From assembly GCA_905178155.1 (NCBI GenBank), contig CAJINV010000003.1:9307979-9371978 (forward strand): a stretch of 64,000 nt of DNA. The letters run 5' to 3'. The notes under the pieces were generated by a model. The model did no database searches. It was not told the origin of the DNA and worked only from the letters and a program-made list of their open reading frames with translations. The stretch is from Amoebophrya sp. A120 (taxonomy: Eukaryota > Protista > Dinoflagellata). A program made the translations under genes and the position numbers. Of the stretch, positions 12,301-25,198 are shown piece by piece; within the stretch, counting starts at the first letter, position 1; every line of letters begins with the position of its first letter.

Positions 12301-12866
12301 TTTTGGGGCAAAACCCGCCCGAGGATGTCGCGTACTTAAGTCTTTCTACAGTTCCTTGCACTGTGCAAATTTTGGGTCTTTGTCTTTATTTACTGGAGGA
12401 ATAGTTGGTGCGTTCATCTTGTTGCTGTTCACGATACTTGCACAGGAGGAGCGCACGTATCTGCAGCTCTTCCTGTTTCGTAGTAAGCTACAGCGCCTGA
12501 GATAGTAACACCGGAGTCAGTCATAGACCGGATCGGCATCTTCTTGGTCCTCGCCCCCCAGCTGGTAGTATGACCATATTATGACTTAGAAAGGAGCTAG
12601 CATACCATCAATTCTCCTGTCCTGCAAATCTAAACGCGAAGGCAAAAACATCTATCTCGCATGCATTAAACTGCATCGGATGTGCTCCCCCATGATTTGT
12701 TTTTGGATTTCGCGTCAACGATGATGAAAAATATGCTAGGACGATGTTCTTCGTGAATGATACATATTTCCTCTTGCTTGTAGGGTAGTTGCGCACGCTT
12801 AAGCGCCACCGCCGAGCGAAATAGCCCGAAGTCGTTCCGGATGTCAGACAGGGTCTTCTGCGCCAT
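9397..12866 (-). CDS. SPG21: Maspardin (SPG21-like alpha/beta-hydrolase-fold protein), 9 exons
   Basis: The exons reconstruct maspardin motifs in order: VALKRAQLPYKQEEIWSYY, VFLPG, GYRCISCQYPPYY, EGFERFLD..KVYLFGVSLGGFLAQ, LVLCNSF, LASRITL, YPDAKVATLKQGGDFPFLS..ELTLYIEVHL. The last exon ending NPFD* is joined by a GT-AG intron. Confidence 0.9.
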
Positions 12867-14069
12867 AAGAGAGGTTGCACTTGTTGCAAATCGCCCGATT
12901 GCCCGCAAGCACAACAGCAGAGCGGGCGCGAGAACTCCGAGCGAATATAAGTAGCACCTCCCAGGCCGCCTACGGTAGCCACTAGTCACACGGGACGAGG
13001 AACAGCAAGAGCCTTTCCGTTTTAAGCTTCCCTAAATTCGCATACTTCTTGTATCTCCGCCTTTTGTTGCTGCAACAAAAATGAATCATACAGCAACGAC
13101 TCCGTGTATTTCTATGTCTGTCAAACAAATCTTGGCCGCGGTGACCGCTGCGCTTGCGGAAGTATGAATGTACTGTCGGAGGAGCCTAGTGTAGCAGGAT
13201 ATCCAGCGGGCCCCTATGACGATACCATTAAAGTCTTCTCTGTGCATGGAGTATCATTCTGCACTCGAACTCGAACAAGGTAGTTCGCTTGTAACCACCC
13301 AGAAAATATTTGCAGAATCAGAAGGAAAAGTCATGGTAAAAATCTTAAGTGAAGCCCGAAACTATTCTACAGCTGCACAACTTGTTATTCCAAAATACCA
13401 GTCCGAAAAAGGCCGCTGTCTGATAGTTTTGTGTTTTGCTTTCTTGCACCAGCATAATCCCCCGTACAAAGTCCAAATATACCTCAGCGCAGCATACAAG
13501 ACTTGGCCACCGGTCGAGTTGATAGACAGTGAAGCCATAGGATTCGAGGCGATTTTCGAACCTGTCGCAAGGTAGAATCCCGATGAATGACCGAAATTAA
13601 ATGAACAATTTCGGTGTTGATCTCAACCACGATCCTTCTCTTCTTCATCCACCTGATCTAGGTAGTCAACATATTTTCAGAACATCATTTGACGCCAGTT
13701 TCAAACGCATCTTACGCCTTACGCGACTTGGTGCGTGTAAATCTTTATGCTACTTGGCTGTTTTAGATTGTCGAAGTTTGCCCGGCCGCCATGCAGCCCA
13801 GGCTCCGATGCAGCGCAACACTCGTGCAGCACGGTAAAGATGATCACAATCGTGCGTAGTAAGTATCAACGAACTCCTCTGAGATCTTTCTGTGTCTTTT
13901 CTTGCTTGAGTGACGTGCTCCCGGGCAGCAATCTGCTGGGTGGAGACTTTTCCAAACTTGCCCGTGTGTCGTGCTTGCGGGCAGTCGGAACGGGATCTTT
14001 CCCGACTTGCCCTCTCTGTAGACAGGAGAAGTCTCTGCCTCGCTAGTACTGCTCCCAGGAAGACCACCG

Positions 14070-15060
14070 TCAGCCAATAGCCTCAGAAGGACATGCTTCA
14101 CTATGCTCTTCTTTTTGCAGCACTGCCACGAGCTCCGGGTCAAGAGCGCGGCGCCGAGGCCGCTCGTCGGGCTGCACAACTTCGTTTTTTGTTGCACTTT
14201 CCGGATCCGATTCCAGGAACTCCTCTCCCGCAAAAAGCAAAGGGTCAGTCGCGTCTCCGCCGGCTGGAATCAGGTACTCATCGTTGTTCCAGAACGGATT
14301 TTCTGGACCAAAGTGCTGCGGTTCACGGATCAGCTCCCTAGCCTGTTCGGCACCGAGTCTTCGCAGGTATCCCACCAGCCGGAAATGCGAATACCTGCAA
14401 GTGCAAGTGTAATCAATATAAGAAATAATCTGTAAAAAAATCAATCAAGGATCGACGCAGAAGAGTAAGCACAAGCAGCGAACTTGCTGCGATACACCTG
14501 CAACAACCGCGCGGCTACCCCGTCTCCTTCGAACGCAGCCGCGCCTCTCATCAGAGCGCGGCGTGGCGTTGACGTTGACGAATGCTTTGAGTTATTGCTC
14601 TCGATACGCATTTTTCCGAGGTTTCAACAAGTAAGATTTCGAATCCACTTCTTCAGGCTTCAGCAGATAGGAGCACATGCAGGCAAGTGTACAACATGGC
14701 TGATCTAGAACACGTAAACTTAGCAAATAAGTACATCGTCCAGCTCTCTTCTCCGTGCGCTTCACGAACGGCGGCGAAGGAGAATCCGTGCGCCTTCTGC
14801 ATGTGCGCCACGCACAGTGGTGCGTTGTCAAACCAAGCGTCGGAGAAGAGATCCTTGCAGGGGCCGCTGCCCTCGCCGCAATCTGCTTCGCTCGCGCCGC
14901 TGCTGTCGGAGACCTCCTCCACAAAATTTTCTAGGTCGTCGAACTCAGGATGATGAGAGCAGACTTCTGATGGCGTCGAAGCATCGTCGTCTTCGTGCTC
15001 CTTGCTCTCGGACGGGCGCGGGCCCCGTGCGGACAGACCAAAGCCTTTGCCACCTCCCAT
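14070..15060 (-). CDS. Protein with a PRMT3-type N-terminal C2H2-like zinc-finger domain; no methyltransferase domain seen
   Basis: CKDLFSDAWFDNAPLCVAHMQKAHGFSF...YSHFRLVGYLRR...FWNNDEYLIP...DPLL matches the PRMT3 zinc-finger pattern. One GT-AG intron (~14395-14733). Confidence 0.65.
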
Positions 15061-15927
15061 TCCTTCGTCGATTTCTTTTCTTTCTTCTAAAAGCGAGCTC
15101 AAATGATCTTTGCTAAGGCCGCATAGGTAAAAAGGCTCTTGCTTCTAAACTCGACACGATGTCCACCGCATTCATAACATTATCGGCATTACCTCCATTT
15201 AGAGTGAGTACGTAAGTGCGTCAAACTTGGCATAGACGGCACTAGCCTCGTACTAACAAAATGGTCACTGGTTAGATGAAAAGTAGAACACAGAGAGATT
15301 GAGACGTAGGGATCAAAACAAAGATTGCATTACTGAAAAAATGCGCAAGCTAAGTACCGTTCTCGGCATTAGATTGCCTGGGGAAAAAACAGGAGACCTT
15401 GGTATCACTGCCTTGAGCGACTTCGAAACTTTTAAAGCCTCATATTCGAATGAATGGCAACAATGATTTGCGAACTTTCACTGGATCGCAGAATTTTTTT
15501 TTCATTCTTGATCTAAAAATTTTCCGCTTCTTCAAAAAAGATCATGAGTTTTCTCAGAAATCTCTCCACTTCCAGCGAAGAGTCGTCGTTTTGGGCATTA
15601 AGAATTTCTGATCATCTTCCCTTGTGACTCGCAGAGCTGCAAAGACGACGAAAGCAGGACGGTGAGACCACAGTACTTATTTGATCAGTGCGCGAGTTGA
15701 CAACACGCAGTTGCATTTGACAAATGGCAATGAAATCGAAAAAATCGGCGCTCCTGATGAAAGAGACCCCTTCACCACCATCTGGGCCGACCGATACCGA
15801 AACCGAAACGCCAGGCACTACATACATTTAGAATCACATCGTTGCAAGAAGTGCGACTTTTGCTTTCGAGCGCGGCCGCCACCTCTCTACTAGCTACTTC
15901 GTGCGGATGAATATCATTTGATTAGCG

Positions 15928-18900
15928 CTATCTGAATTGGTTATTGAAATTCAGCCTGCAGACCAGGTAGGTATACTCCGCACAAGAGTTCTTGGGTTGT
16001 TGCAGAAGATCAAGGAGATGCTGCATCGTTTCCGAAACCTCTTCATCTAGCGCCTCCATATCCCGCCACAGCATTTCCTCGGCACTTTCGTCAAAAAAAT
16101 ATCGCGCCACGTCTTCCTGCAGGCGCTCAAAAGTAGACACCAAGAGGAGGAACTTCGTGAGGCAGTCCAAGATCGGGGCTGCGGAGTCGACCAGAAAAGT
16201 GAACTCTTGCAAGTGGTGCAGGTATTTTCCGTGTTCGCGCAGAACTTCGTCTAAATCACGGGCGTTTTGAAAGCCCTGCTCCAACCGGGCATGGGCGGTC
16301 TCCAGTACCTCGTACATCACGTAGCTCTGCACATTTTCCATTACGTGACTGAGCACCATCCGGATGGAGTCCATCTGCCTCGCAAGCGCGTCCTCGTCGC
16401 ATTTGTGCCTGAGCGAAGGTTTTTCGTTTGTCTCTCTCTAGGTGGTAAAAGTAGCGCACGTTGCTAGTGTTAATTTCTACAGAACGAGCACAGCGCATCC
16501 ACTTACGACTATATCCAGAAACCTGTGTTGAACTACTGTAGTTCCGTAGCGATACTGCTTTGATATATGATTTTTATCATACTGCTCCAGTACCGAATTA
16601 GTATCTGGCGTCTCCAAGATTCTTTCAGCGAGAAGTTCGCCCGGCGCAGCTTCCAGAGAAAGGTGGAGACCTTGCGGAGTGTGAGCATGACGGTATCCCG
16701 CGAGAAGACAACGTGCAGCGGACTGGTTATGGCGTAGTCGAGGGAGAAGATGTCCCACCCGATCTCGCCGCCGTTTGCCGGCGTGAGCGAGACGTCGAGC
16801 CGGTCCAGAAATTCGGGGTCGTGAAACTGTGCATTGCTCTGCCGTATGGCCTGATCCACGATAGCGCGCACGTTGTGGCGAAAGACGTCCTTCTTGGCGT
16901 CCTTTCGGAGCACCCCGTCCGCCAGCTCCAGCAGACACTCGATGAAATCCCCCTGGGCGAGCAACAGGTAGCGCTTCATGGCCACGCAGTGACTCAGCAG
17001 GTTGTACTTGTCGAGCAACAGCTCTACCAGCCGTTTGTTTGTGTGCAACGACTGCTGCCGAACGAAGTCGCTGTCCGTTACGACGGGAGCGCCCGCAAGC
17101 AGTCCCACCCAATCAGATTCCTCGCAACACAGCCGCATAAAGTTCACGGATTTACCTGAAGTAGTGCGCAGAATAATGATCATGATAACCCTACTAGCAA
17201 GGAACCACCACGTCTGATGAACTTAAGTATCTTTTCAACTTTAGATAGAGGGGTTGCTGGAGCAGCTAGGTTACAACGCGGCACTACTTCTTAAAAATCA
17301 AAGCAGTGGACTGCGTTGTATGTCAAGGTGGATATTAATAGATACAAAGAATGAATCTACCTGCGCGAAGAATCATTTTCGCTTCTTCGAGATCCACAAA
17401 AGACGGGATCATTTCCAGATTGAGGAAATACATGCTGTGCCACAGGTCTTGAATTTTCGCGGTCGCATCCGCAAAAACGAAAAACTCTCCGAGCTGGTCC
17501 CGCAACTGCCCCTCGGTCATCCATGCTCCGCACATGAACAGAAACAAAAACAGCGCAAGGGGCGATCGCGTGGCACATCATACGTACATCGAAATAACAA
17601 CTTTTCAACTTGTATGCGCTTCGCGGTGGATTGTCACAGGACAGTAAAGAAATTTATCCCCGCCCATGCTGGATTGTGATTGCAAAGTTTTCTTGATTTG
17701 ACACTGCTCTCGTCCATGATGATGCAGAATTTCCTTTACTTGACTCTAGATTGGGAAGAGACATGGCCAAGAAGAAAAGCCACGACGCGGTCTCTCACGA
17801 CGCTTTTCAGCGGGATAAGGATCATCTCGTGCAATGGCGCGGCGCTGGCCTGCAGAACTGCTTCGACGATGGGAGCAGTGTGCGGGTCCCCCGTCTTACG
17901 ACACATGTGCAGCGCACTGAGCAGCGGCCCGCCCTTACCGTGCGCGGCCGCAACGCGGCACAAGCGGGACAGCAAAGCCATCTTCTTCCGCGGTTGGCGG
18001 AACCAGATCGCGAGACGTCGCAAACTGAGGTCTCCGCTGTCAATCTGCGTCTCAAAGATCGCGATCCATTTGAAGTAGTCCAGCAAAAGATTTCGGACGC
18101 ATTGCCGAAAGGCCTGGAAGATCACGCTTTCGTTCGGGAGCTCCAGCACCTGGTCCACCCGGCGGTAGTCGGTGCCCACCGCAAGCAATTCGGCGACGAG
18201 ACCCTGCGCTCCTTTGGCAATGGACACCGTTTCTTTCAGGCGGAAGGCCGCCGGCGCACCGCCGTCCCACACCACCGTGGCCGATTCAATCCCCTGCAAG
18301 GCGTACAGGCAGTCTCGGATGATCTCGGCCTCCGAAGGCCCGCAGTACACCATATCACGGAGAACGGGATTCGGTACTAGAGGCGTCCCCACGAAAGCGC
18401 TGCTATACGGACCCAGCTCGTATCCGAGTGGTCCACCTCCTTGCGGCAAGACACCGCGCAACGTAGCGGAAGTGCGGTTGGATGTTGCTGCGGACGCAAC
18501 CAAGGAGATCGGCTCCGGAAATGCTGCCGCTCTCACGACCCCACCGCTTGCCACATCCTGGGCGAGTGGCTTCGGCGAGCCCGGATCTGGAGGCTCAAGT
18601 TTCTGCCGAGCCAGCAGCAACAGCACTTCTGCCAGCAATAGATTTTGCTTCCCGGTACTGCCCAGAAGCCCGCGGCGCCGGAGTGCCTGGAACCGCACAG
18701 TTCCCGAAGAATCGGCTTGCAGCAAGAGCTCGCTGATTGCGTCGCACAGCTCTCGCTCGGTGCCCCGCCCCGTGAGGCTCTTTAAGCTCAGCAGCCGATA
18801 AATCAGTTTCAGATGCCCCGGTGTACTGCGCCCGGCGAGCTTAGCGCACAGTCTCTCCAACAGGGAGCGCACTACCGGCTCCGAGGAGCTTGTGGCTTTC

Positions 18901-18935
18901 ACGTTGTAACCACGCATCTGATCTGGAGGCAGCAT
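15928..18935 (-). CDS. TUBGCP3: Gamma-tubulin complex component 3 (Spc98/GCP3), 4 exons
   Basis: Motifs: IIRDCLYALQGIES; WMTEGQLRDQLGEFFV; MIPSFV..ILRAGKSVNF; MKRYLLLAQGDFI; GWDIFSLDY..PLHVVF; QSYVMYEVLE; RLNFN. Confidence 0.92.
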
Positions 18936-19188
18936 ATTCACACCCACGTGGATTTCTCCGTATCAAAAGCCGACACAGGGCGCCATTCGCTGTTGAAGAT
19001 GCTGTAAGAAATTCTATCGCTTCTTCTATGTTGACACGATTACGATATTGCTGGTTTTATAATTTCATACTTTATCGCCTCCCTTATGTTATCGAACTGA
19101 TGCAAAGTTCATTTCACTATCATTACGCCTCAACTTCAAAGCAATAAGATACTCAATTCACAGAATGAAAGCGTTTGCGATTTGTGGA

Positions 19189-19231
19189 GACGAGCTCAGA
19201 AGGCTCACGTAACGACGAGCTCAGAAGGCTC
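19189..19231. repeat. 18-nt direct repeat pair GACGAGCTCAGAAGGCTC
   Basis: Exact copies at 19189-19206 and 19214-19231, upstream of GCP3. Confidence 0.9.
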
Positions 19232-19537
19232 CGGTGAGATCGCTGTGAAAACTTGGATCTTGATCATTATCTGCGCTGGATGACAAAAAAACCTGCCAGC
19301 TGAAAGCTCTGACATAGACGTTCGTATTAACTTGAACTTCACTACAGACGACGCATTAAACTATGCGGGAACATCAAAAGCAAACCTGCCAAAGACTGGA
19401 AAGACAGTGACTGTGCCCCAGCGTGCTTCCCATCGCCTTGAACTATTTTTTCACCTCGAAAGAAGGTACGGCACACTTTGCAAAATACTAGCGATTAATA
19501 CTTGCGAGGGTGCAAATTCGCAGAAAGCGTTAGAGCG

Positions 19538-20734
19538 CTAGTCTTGCTCCTCTGAGTCGTCGCGAAAAAGCCAACCCCTGTGGACTGCGTAGCCGACCGC
19601 TAGTGACACCCCGAGCAGCAGCAACGGGTTTCCTTCGACCCGTTCGCTGCCGCGGCTCACGATCCTGTGTGCCCCCGGGACCGCCCGCGCGTGCTGCGGA
19701 GTCGCACCCCGACGGGCAGCCCCGCCCTCGCGCGGCAGGTCTTCGTATGCGCTCTGCTCCTCGTGCTCCCTCAGCCCTTCGGCTCCGGCTGATGGCTCTA
19801 CTTCTCTCTGGCGTTTTCCTGAACCGGGGGGGTATGTGACCCCACGACCAGCATCCGCCGACTCGGGAGACGCCCGTGGCTTCTCCGGATGAGTCATGCC
19901 GCGCGTCTCGTGCATCCTATCCGGCGCACGATCAGCAAAGAGGTCGTCATGATCATCGGAGGTAGGCGTATAACCTTCCGTCGAAGATATAGAATTTCCA
20001 GTGACCGCCGAAGCAGGTACGCCGTGCGCACTCGACTGTTGTTCTCCCTGATGCTCATTGCTGTCCGCTGCATGAGGGCGAGCTTCCGCAGTCCTTTCTG
20101 CGATTGTGCCGCCCAGTCGGGGCAGCGCCTTCCCGTGGGCTTTGCTGGAACTAGAGCCGCCTGGATTCACCTGCCACTTCCCGAATGACGCTGCACGATT
20201 GCTAGCAGCATAATCGTGCCGAGACGGCCCGCCGCGATCCCGTCGCAGTGCGTCGGTGAGGTGTAGCTGCTCATGCGCGACATCGTGCGCCGAGGTGGGT
20301 CGTCTTGCTCCAACGCGTGCTGGCTTGATCGCCGACATGACACGCGCGACATTTTCGTTGTGGTCGTCCACAAAGTTTCGCGTTGGCTTGCCCATGTTCT
20401 CGAGCGCCCGCGGGCCGGGCGCAGGGTCGCCTAGACGCATCACTCGTTGAAGAATGTCCGCGGACGCGAGTAGCAGCCCGACGCAGAAAAACGAGATGTA
20501 CACTGTAGGAAGGCGCTGCCACGAACCTCGGAGTCCGCGTCCTGCCGTCGGTAGTTTCGCTGCCGCAGCAGGGCGCGACAAAACGCTCACGGGCCTCCAG
20601 AGCATCTCGGGGGCTAGCCGGAGCATGAGCATAAAGAACATAATCCAAAGCTCCTGCATCCAGGAAAAAATTTCGAGTGCGTGCAATGCGGTACAACAAC
20701 AAATACAGAGTAGCGAAATGCGGATCGACGCCAT
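19538..20734 (-). CDS. Hypothetical membrane protein (hydrophobic N-terminus, disordered middle, C-terminal TM segment)
   Basis: 398-aa ATG ORF on the local gene strand. C-terminus is PLLLLGVSLAVGYAVHRGWLF followed by an acidic tail. Confidence 0.5.
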   Translation of the reverse strand: MASIRISLLCICCCTALHALEIFSWMQELWIMFFMLMLRLAPEMLWRPVSVLSRPAAAAKLPTAGRGLRGSWQRLPTVYISFFCVGLLLASADILQRVMRLGDPAPGPRALENMGKPTRNFVDDHNENVARVMSAIKPARVGARRPTSAHDVAHEQLHLTDALRRDRGGPSRHDYAASNRAASFGKWQVNPGGSSSSKAHGKALPRLGGTIAERTAEARPHAADSNEHQGEQQSSAHGVPASAVTGNSISSTEGYTPTSDDHDDLFADRAPDRMHETRGMTHPEKPRASPESADAGRGVTYPPGSGKRQREVEPSAGAEGLREHEEQSAYEDLPREGGAARRGATPQHARAVPGAHRIVSRGSERVEGNPLLLLGVSLAVGYAVHRGWLFRDDSEEQD

Positions 20735-20870
20735 GCCGCCCGCGTAAAGGAATAGGGTACCTTTTGTATAGAGTAAATCATTGCAAAATCCATTTACAGG
20801 ATTTCAACATTAACACGCCGGACATTTTCACCCAACCACGAAGCACCGCACACGCCCGTACCTGCACGTA

Positions 20871-22843
20871 CTAGAAGAACAAAAAATTAAAAATAAAATA
20901 AGTAGTACCCTGCGAAATAGGAGCTCGGCCTTGTGCGTTTGCTGCTTTCATCGGCAATGTGTGTAATGCTTCACTCGTGGCACTTCCTCCAGCGAGCGCG
21001 TACCGCGTCCGTAGCAGTTCCCCCGAGGGGTCGCACAACCAGACGCATGGCAGACGCTTAGCTGGGATGCATCCCAGTCTCGTCGCGTGGCTGCCTGTCG
21101 AAACCCAACTGGCAAGTCGAGTGTCTGCGATGCAGTGCTCCAACGACAGCATGCTCACGGAGTACGACGTCGAGCCCAAGGCATGATCCGAGGTGGACGC
21201 TTGTTGTATCCCCAACCACACAGAGGACGCACCACTTACAGAGAACGGGTGCGCACCGCTCGGGTTGTTCCCGTCCCGAGTCGGGGTCGTGGAGTGCGAC
21301 ACTAGTGGCGTGCCGCGACGAAAGGAACTCCCCGGCGTGGCACCTACGAGACTGGTGGTCGCATCGGAGACAATCGAGCGGTTGCTAATCGTCCGCGGCA
21401 GCACTGGTGCCCCGCCATGGTGCGAGCCACGGAAGGGCGTCGGACTGGGTTCAAGCAAGAAGGACTGCGAAGACTTGCCACTCGGTTTGAATAGCGATCC
21501 CGGGTGGTGCGCAGATGTTCGGGCAACTACCGGAGTCGTAGACGATGACTGCAGGCGGCGCGTGTACGCTATCGGGGGCGTGGCTCGTTGTGGCCCTGCG
21601 CCCGGCCACGCACGTTGCTCGTGCTCCAGGGGCGGGGGCAGAGATGTGTCTTTTGACCTGGGCGGCGTGGAATATGTCCGCGGGCTGCTGAGGATGCTCA
21701 TCTTGCTTCGTGCCGCCGTCAACCCGGTCGTGCCTGGTTGCCCTAGCAGTTGAGAAGTAGAACTGTGAAAAGCTAGCGCTGTGAAGAGATGTTCCCTCTC
21801 GCAAAACGGGCGCAACTTCTGCTGGCAGAAAAATCGCAACTCCAAGTCGAAAGCGCGGAGGTCGTCGAGCTTTCTCAGCGTCGCCGGAGGAAGGGGTACG
21901 GGAACGAGCCGGGGGCGCTGTAGGACCTCGGTTCGCCGAACGCGGAGCAGCACCAACAGCGCGGGTAGGCTTTCGCTGCCCGGAAATTCCAGCACGTGAC
22001 TGGACTGCCCGACTGGAAGGAAAGAAAAGTGGTCCTGATACTCTACTATCGTGCTCGGCTGCGCTGAAGCCGCTGCCAAATCGGAGGACGGCAGCAGGCG
22101 GGCAGAAATCAACTGCAAAGCCCGCCTGGGTGCGGTCTGCAGAAAAACTCGCCAAGGCCTCAGGAAGATAAATGCTGGCGCAAGGTTCCAGCTGCTCTCG
22201 CTTCCCTGCCGAAACGGCACGCGCTTCGGCGTTCTTCCGTCGGTGTCCTCGTCGGCGTTTTTGGTGACACATTCCGGCCGCCTTGGAGAAGGCGTCTGCG
22301 CAGGGCCTGCGACGTGAAATTTTTGTGGACTCAGGTTTACAATCCTGCACTGGCAAGGGGCGCTCGCAAACAACTTCGCCGACCACGTAGACGTACCTAC
22401 TCGCCAAATCCATTTCTTCGTACATACTTGATGGAAACTAGCGGCATCGAGTCTTTAACTCCTTGTGCCGATCGAACGCACGAAAAACAGAATCCAATCA
22501 AGTTTTTTGAGAAATAAATCGACCTGAGCATCAAACTACCGAAAAGAGCAGCAGGCTTCCGGACGTGCGCGTAGGAGCCGGCGGGTGATTCATCACGTTC
22601 GTCGATTTCGGAGGACGACGCCCTACTCAGTCTTTGTCGCAGGTCCCTTGCTATGGGTTCGCTCGAAAGCCCAGCGCCCGGAGCTCCGAGGAAATCACGG
22701 ACGTACTCTCGCCCCTGCTCCTCCCCGAAGGTCAAGTCACCTGCGTTCCTTCTCCTCGAGGTGCGGCCCGCCACCTGCTCGGAGCCTTCATTCAGGCGGC
22801 GATTCACGTGATGGAACCCAACGTGGTCGTGGGGCGACGCCAT
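20871..22843 (-). CDS. Hypothetical Ser/Pro-rich protein (exon structure uncertain)
   Basis: 500-aa open frame at 20871-22373 plus a protein-like segment from ATG 22843. No domain recognised. Confidence 0.35.
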
Positions 22844-25198
22844 TTCCGCTCCATAACCCTGCACGATGGGCGCCTCGGCGTCGATACAGCATGGAGCGGA
22901 AGGCCGTGAGTGACTTTCTTTAGAGACTGCTGCTACTTCAAGGAGACCCGGCCAATGTGCTTGCGAGCAGTTCGCCGCGCATCTACTCCGTCCGGCCGCG
23001 TAGTGCGAGGGCCGAGAGGCCGCAAGGGTGGAACGAATGCCCCGGCCGCGTGGCCATCCATCAACGCTCCGCGCACCCAGCGCGAGCGGCCAAACGCTTT
23101 CACAAATCGCGGTCGCGCGCGCGGAACGAAAGGCCGACCGGGTGAAAGTCCCAGCCCGCGCGGCCAAGCCACTAGCACCCAGCGAGTACAGCTGGCAGCA
23201 AATCTGCCGACCAGATGTTTTCGCCCGAGGGCGGGGCGCGGCGAGCCCCCAGCGGGCACTCCGACCGTGACGGGGGTGATTCGCTTGCATTCCGTGCGCA
23301 CGAAAATAAGCGGGGGCAGATAATGAACTCACTACCACTCCGCGCCAGCGGGCGAGAGGTCCCGTGGCATTTTCCAGAAAAAGGGAAATGCTGCAAAAAC
23401 TACATCGTGTACATGCACAATAAGACGACGCATCTGCCCGTCTGCAAATCCGTGCGATAAGCTGAAGATTCTTTCAGAGCTGCAATCGCTCCGAAAAGCC
23501 ACTCACTTCCCTTTTGTAGCTTTCCGAACAGAGCATGCTGCTTGTGCTCGTGATACGAATTCGAAGTATGAGCCGGACGCTTTCGTGACGGCGAAAATCC
23601 GGTGGGTTCGTGAACCGGCCACAGCTGTTTTCGATGCGACTCGCTTCGGGCCGCGTAGTCACGACTGCTTGCTGTTCGCCGTGCGGGAGATTCTCTTTCC
23701 CGGGCCAGAGTCGACCGCTCCTGCGAGCTGACGCGCCGTCGGAGTGCCGAACCTACTTCGGCGTCAATCAGATTTCCCCGCAATGTTGAGCTCCCTTGTC
23801 TACGGTCGGATGTTCGTGGTCTCGGCGATGGTTCTTCCTCTTCCCGCAGCGTGTCCGTCTTCGAACAAGCTTTAGTGGTGGAAGCCTCGGGTTCGTATTT
23901 GTGGTCTGACGGCACCACCGACGGACTGACCTGAGTCCCATCGCGTCCGTCGTAAAAGAGAAGGCTTTTCCGGAATCCGGTAAAGAGCGGCGGGACGACC
24001 AGCTCGATCTCCGATTTTCGGTCCCAGTGGTGCTCATACGAGAACTCGCAAGCGGTGCGCTCGTCCCAAAACGACAGCCGTAGGACGACGACAAGATCTA
24101 TCCCGTGTGGAAACTACGTCCCCACCCCCGAGTCAAGTTGGAAAGTCCTCTGCGTCGAAAATCCAAAAGTTTTGGGATTCACGCATGACAAGTTTCTCTC
24201 TGTATCTATTGTAGCGCAGGTCAATTGGGCACCCGCATCAACAATCCATCCCCTTATCCAGAATGACAAATGCCAAAGCACGAGGATAGAAAACGGCTGT
24301 TATGGGGATGCGCATTACAAGCATTCCTTTTGTTCCTGTAATTGCAAACCTGCATGACAGCACCGGGGTGGGGACGTTTTTGCTCAGGATAAGATCCGCA
24401 CTGTCTTCAGCTCCATGCAGCGTCGTGAATTCCATTTCCCAAGCATAGTGGCGTGGTGGCGAAAGCGAATGCACGAGTAGAATACTAATAAACGTAGCCC
24501 AAGCTGCTTTTTGGACAGCTGCAGCACGCGTCTGGAACTGCAACTAGTTTTCAGGCGAGGCAGTGATGAGCTTTGGGATTTGGTCGGGTGCAAGTCATTT
24601 TGTTTCACACGTTCCCCTCCAAGACTATCCCCCGCGCCGCCCCAGGTTCCATGCGGGGGGAGTGGTGAGGACCAGGAGAGCCAATTGCAATCCTTACTTC
24701 TAGAAGTAATCCAAGTACGTTTACAAACGATCAGAAACTGAGAGATTTTCTCCAGCTGTGGGATAAATCCGAGAGAAAACAAACCAGATAACTGAATGAT
24801 TACTGCATCTCAAGAGTGGAAAAAGTCAAAGTGGAAGTTAGTTTCCTTTCAAGACAAAGTAAAAGCATTTGCACTGGCGAGCATTTGCCGGAAAAGAAGC
24901 AAAAGTTGGAAATGACATCATGAGTGTCCACCACAAAACAATAAATTAGTGGAATGTTATCCATCGGACAAATTATTCTCCCTTGGCGCAGCTTGAAAGC
25001 AAACAACATCTAACAAACCCGTCGCCAGACGTGGACCTTCTTTCTGTCGGCGGGGCAACAAGGCACCAAGGCGCACCAAGCCCATCATCTTTCTTCCAAG
25101 ATCCATAACACACAGATCCATGCTGATACCTCTGTGATGGAAAAAAGGACTGGCTCTCCAGAGCTACAATAACGCGCCAGAAAATAAAACGCACTCCT

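Noticed and set aside
23400-24110. Possible minus-strand exon (DLVVVLRLSFWDER...)
   Set aside because: No ATG, splice sites or homology could be assigned, so it is left unannotated.
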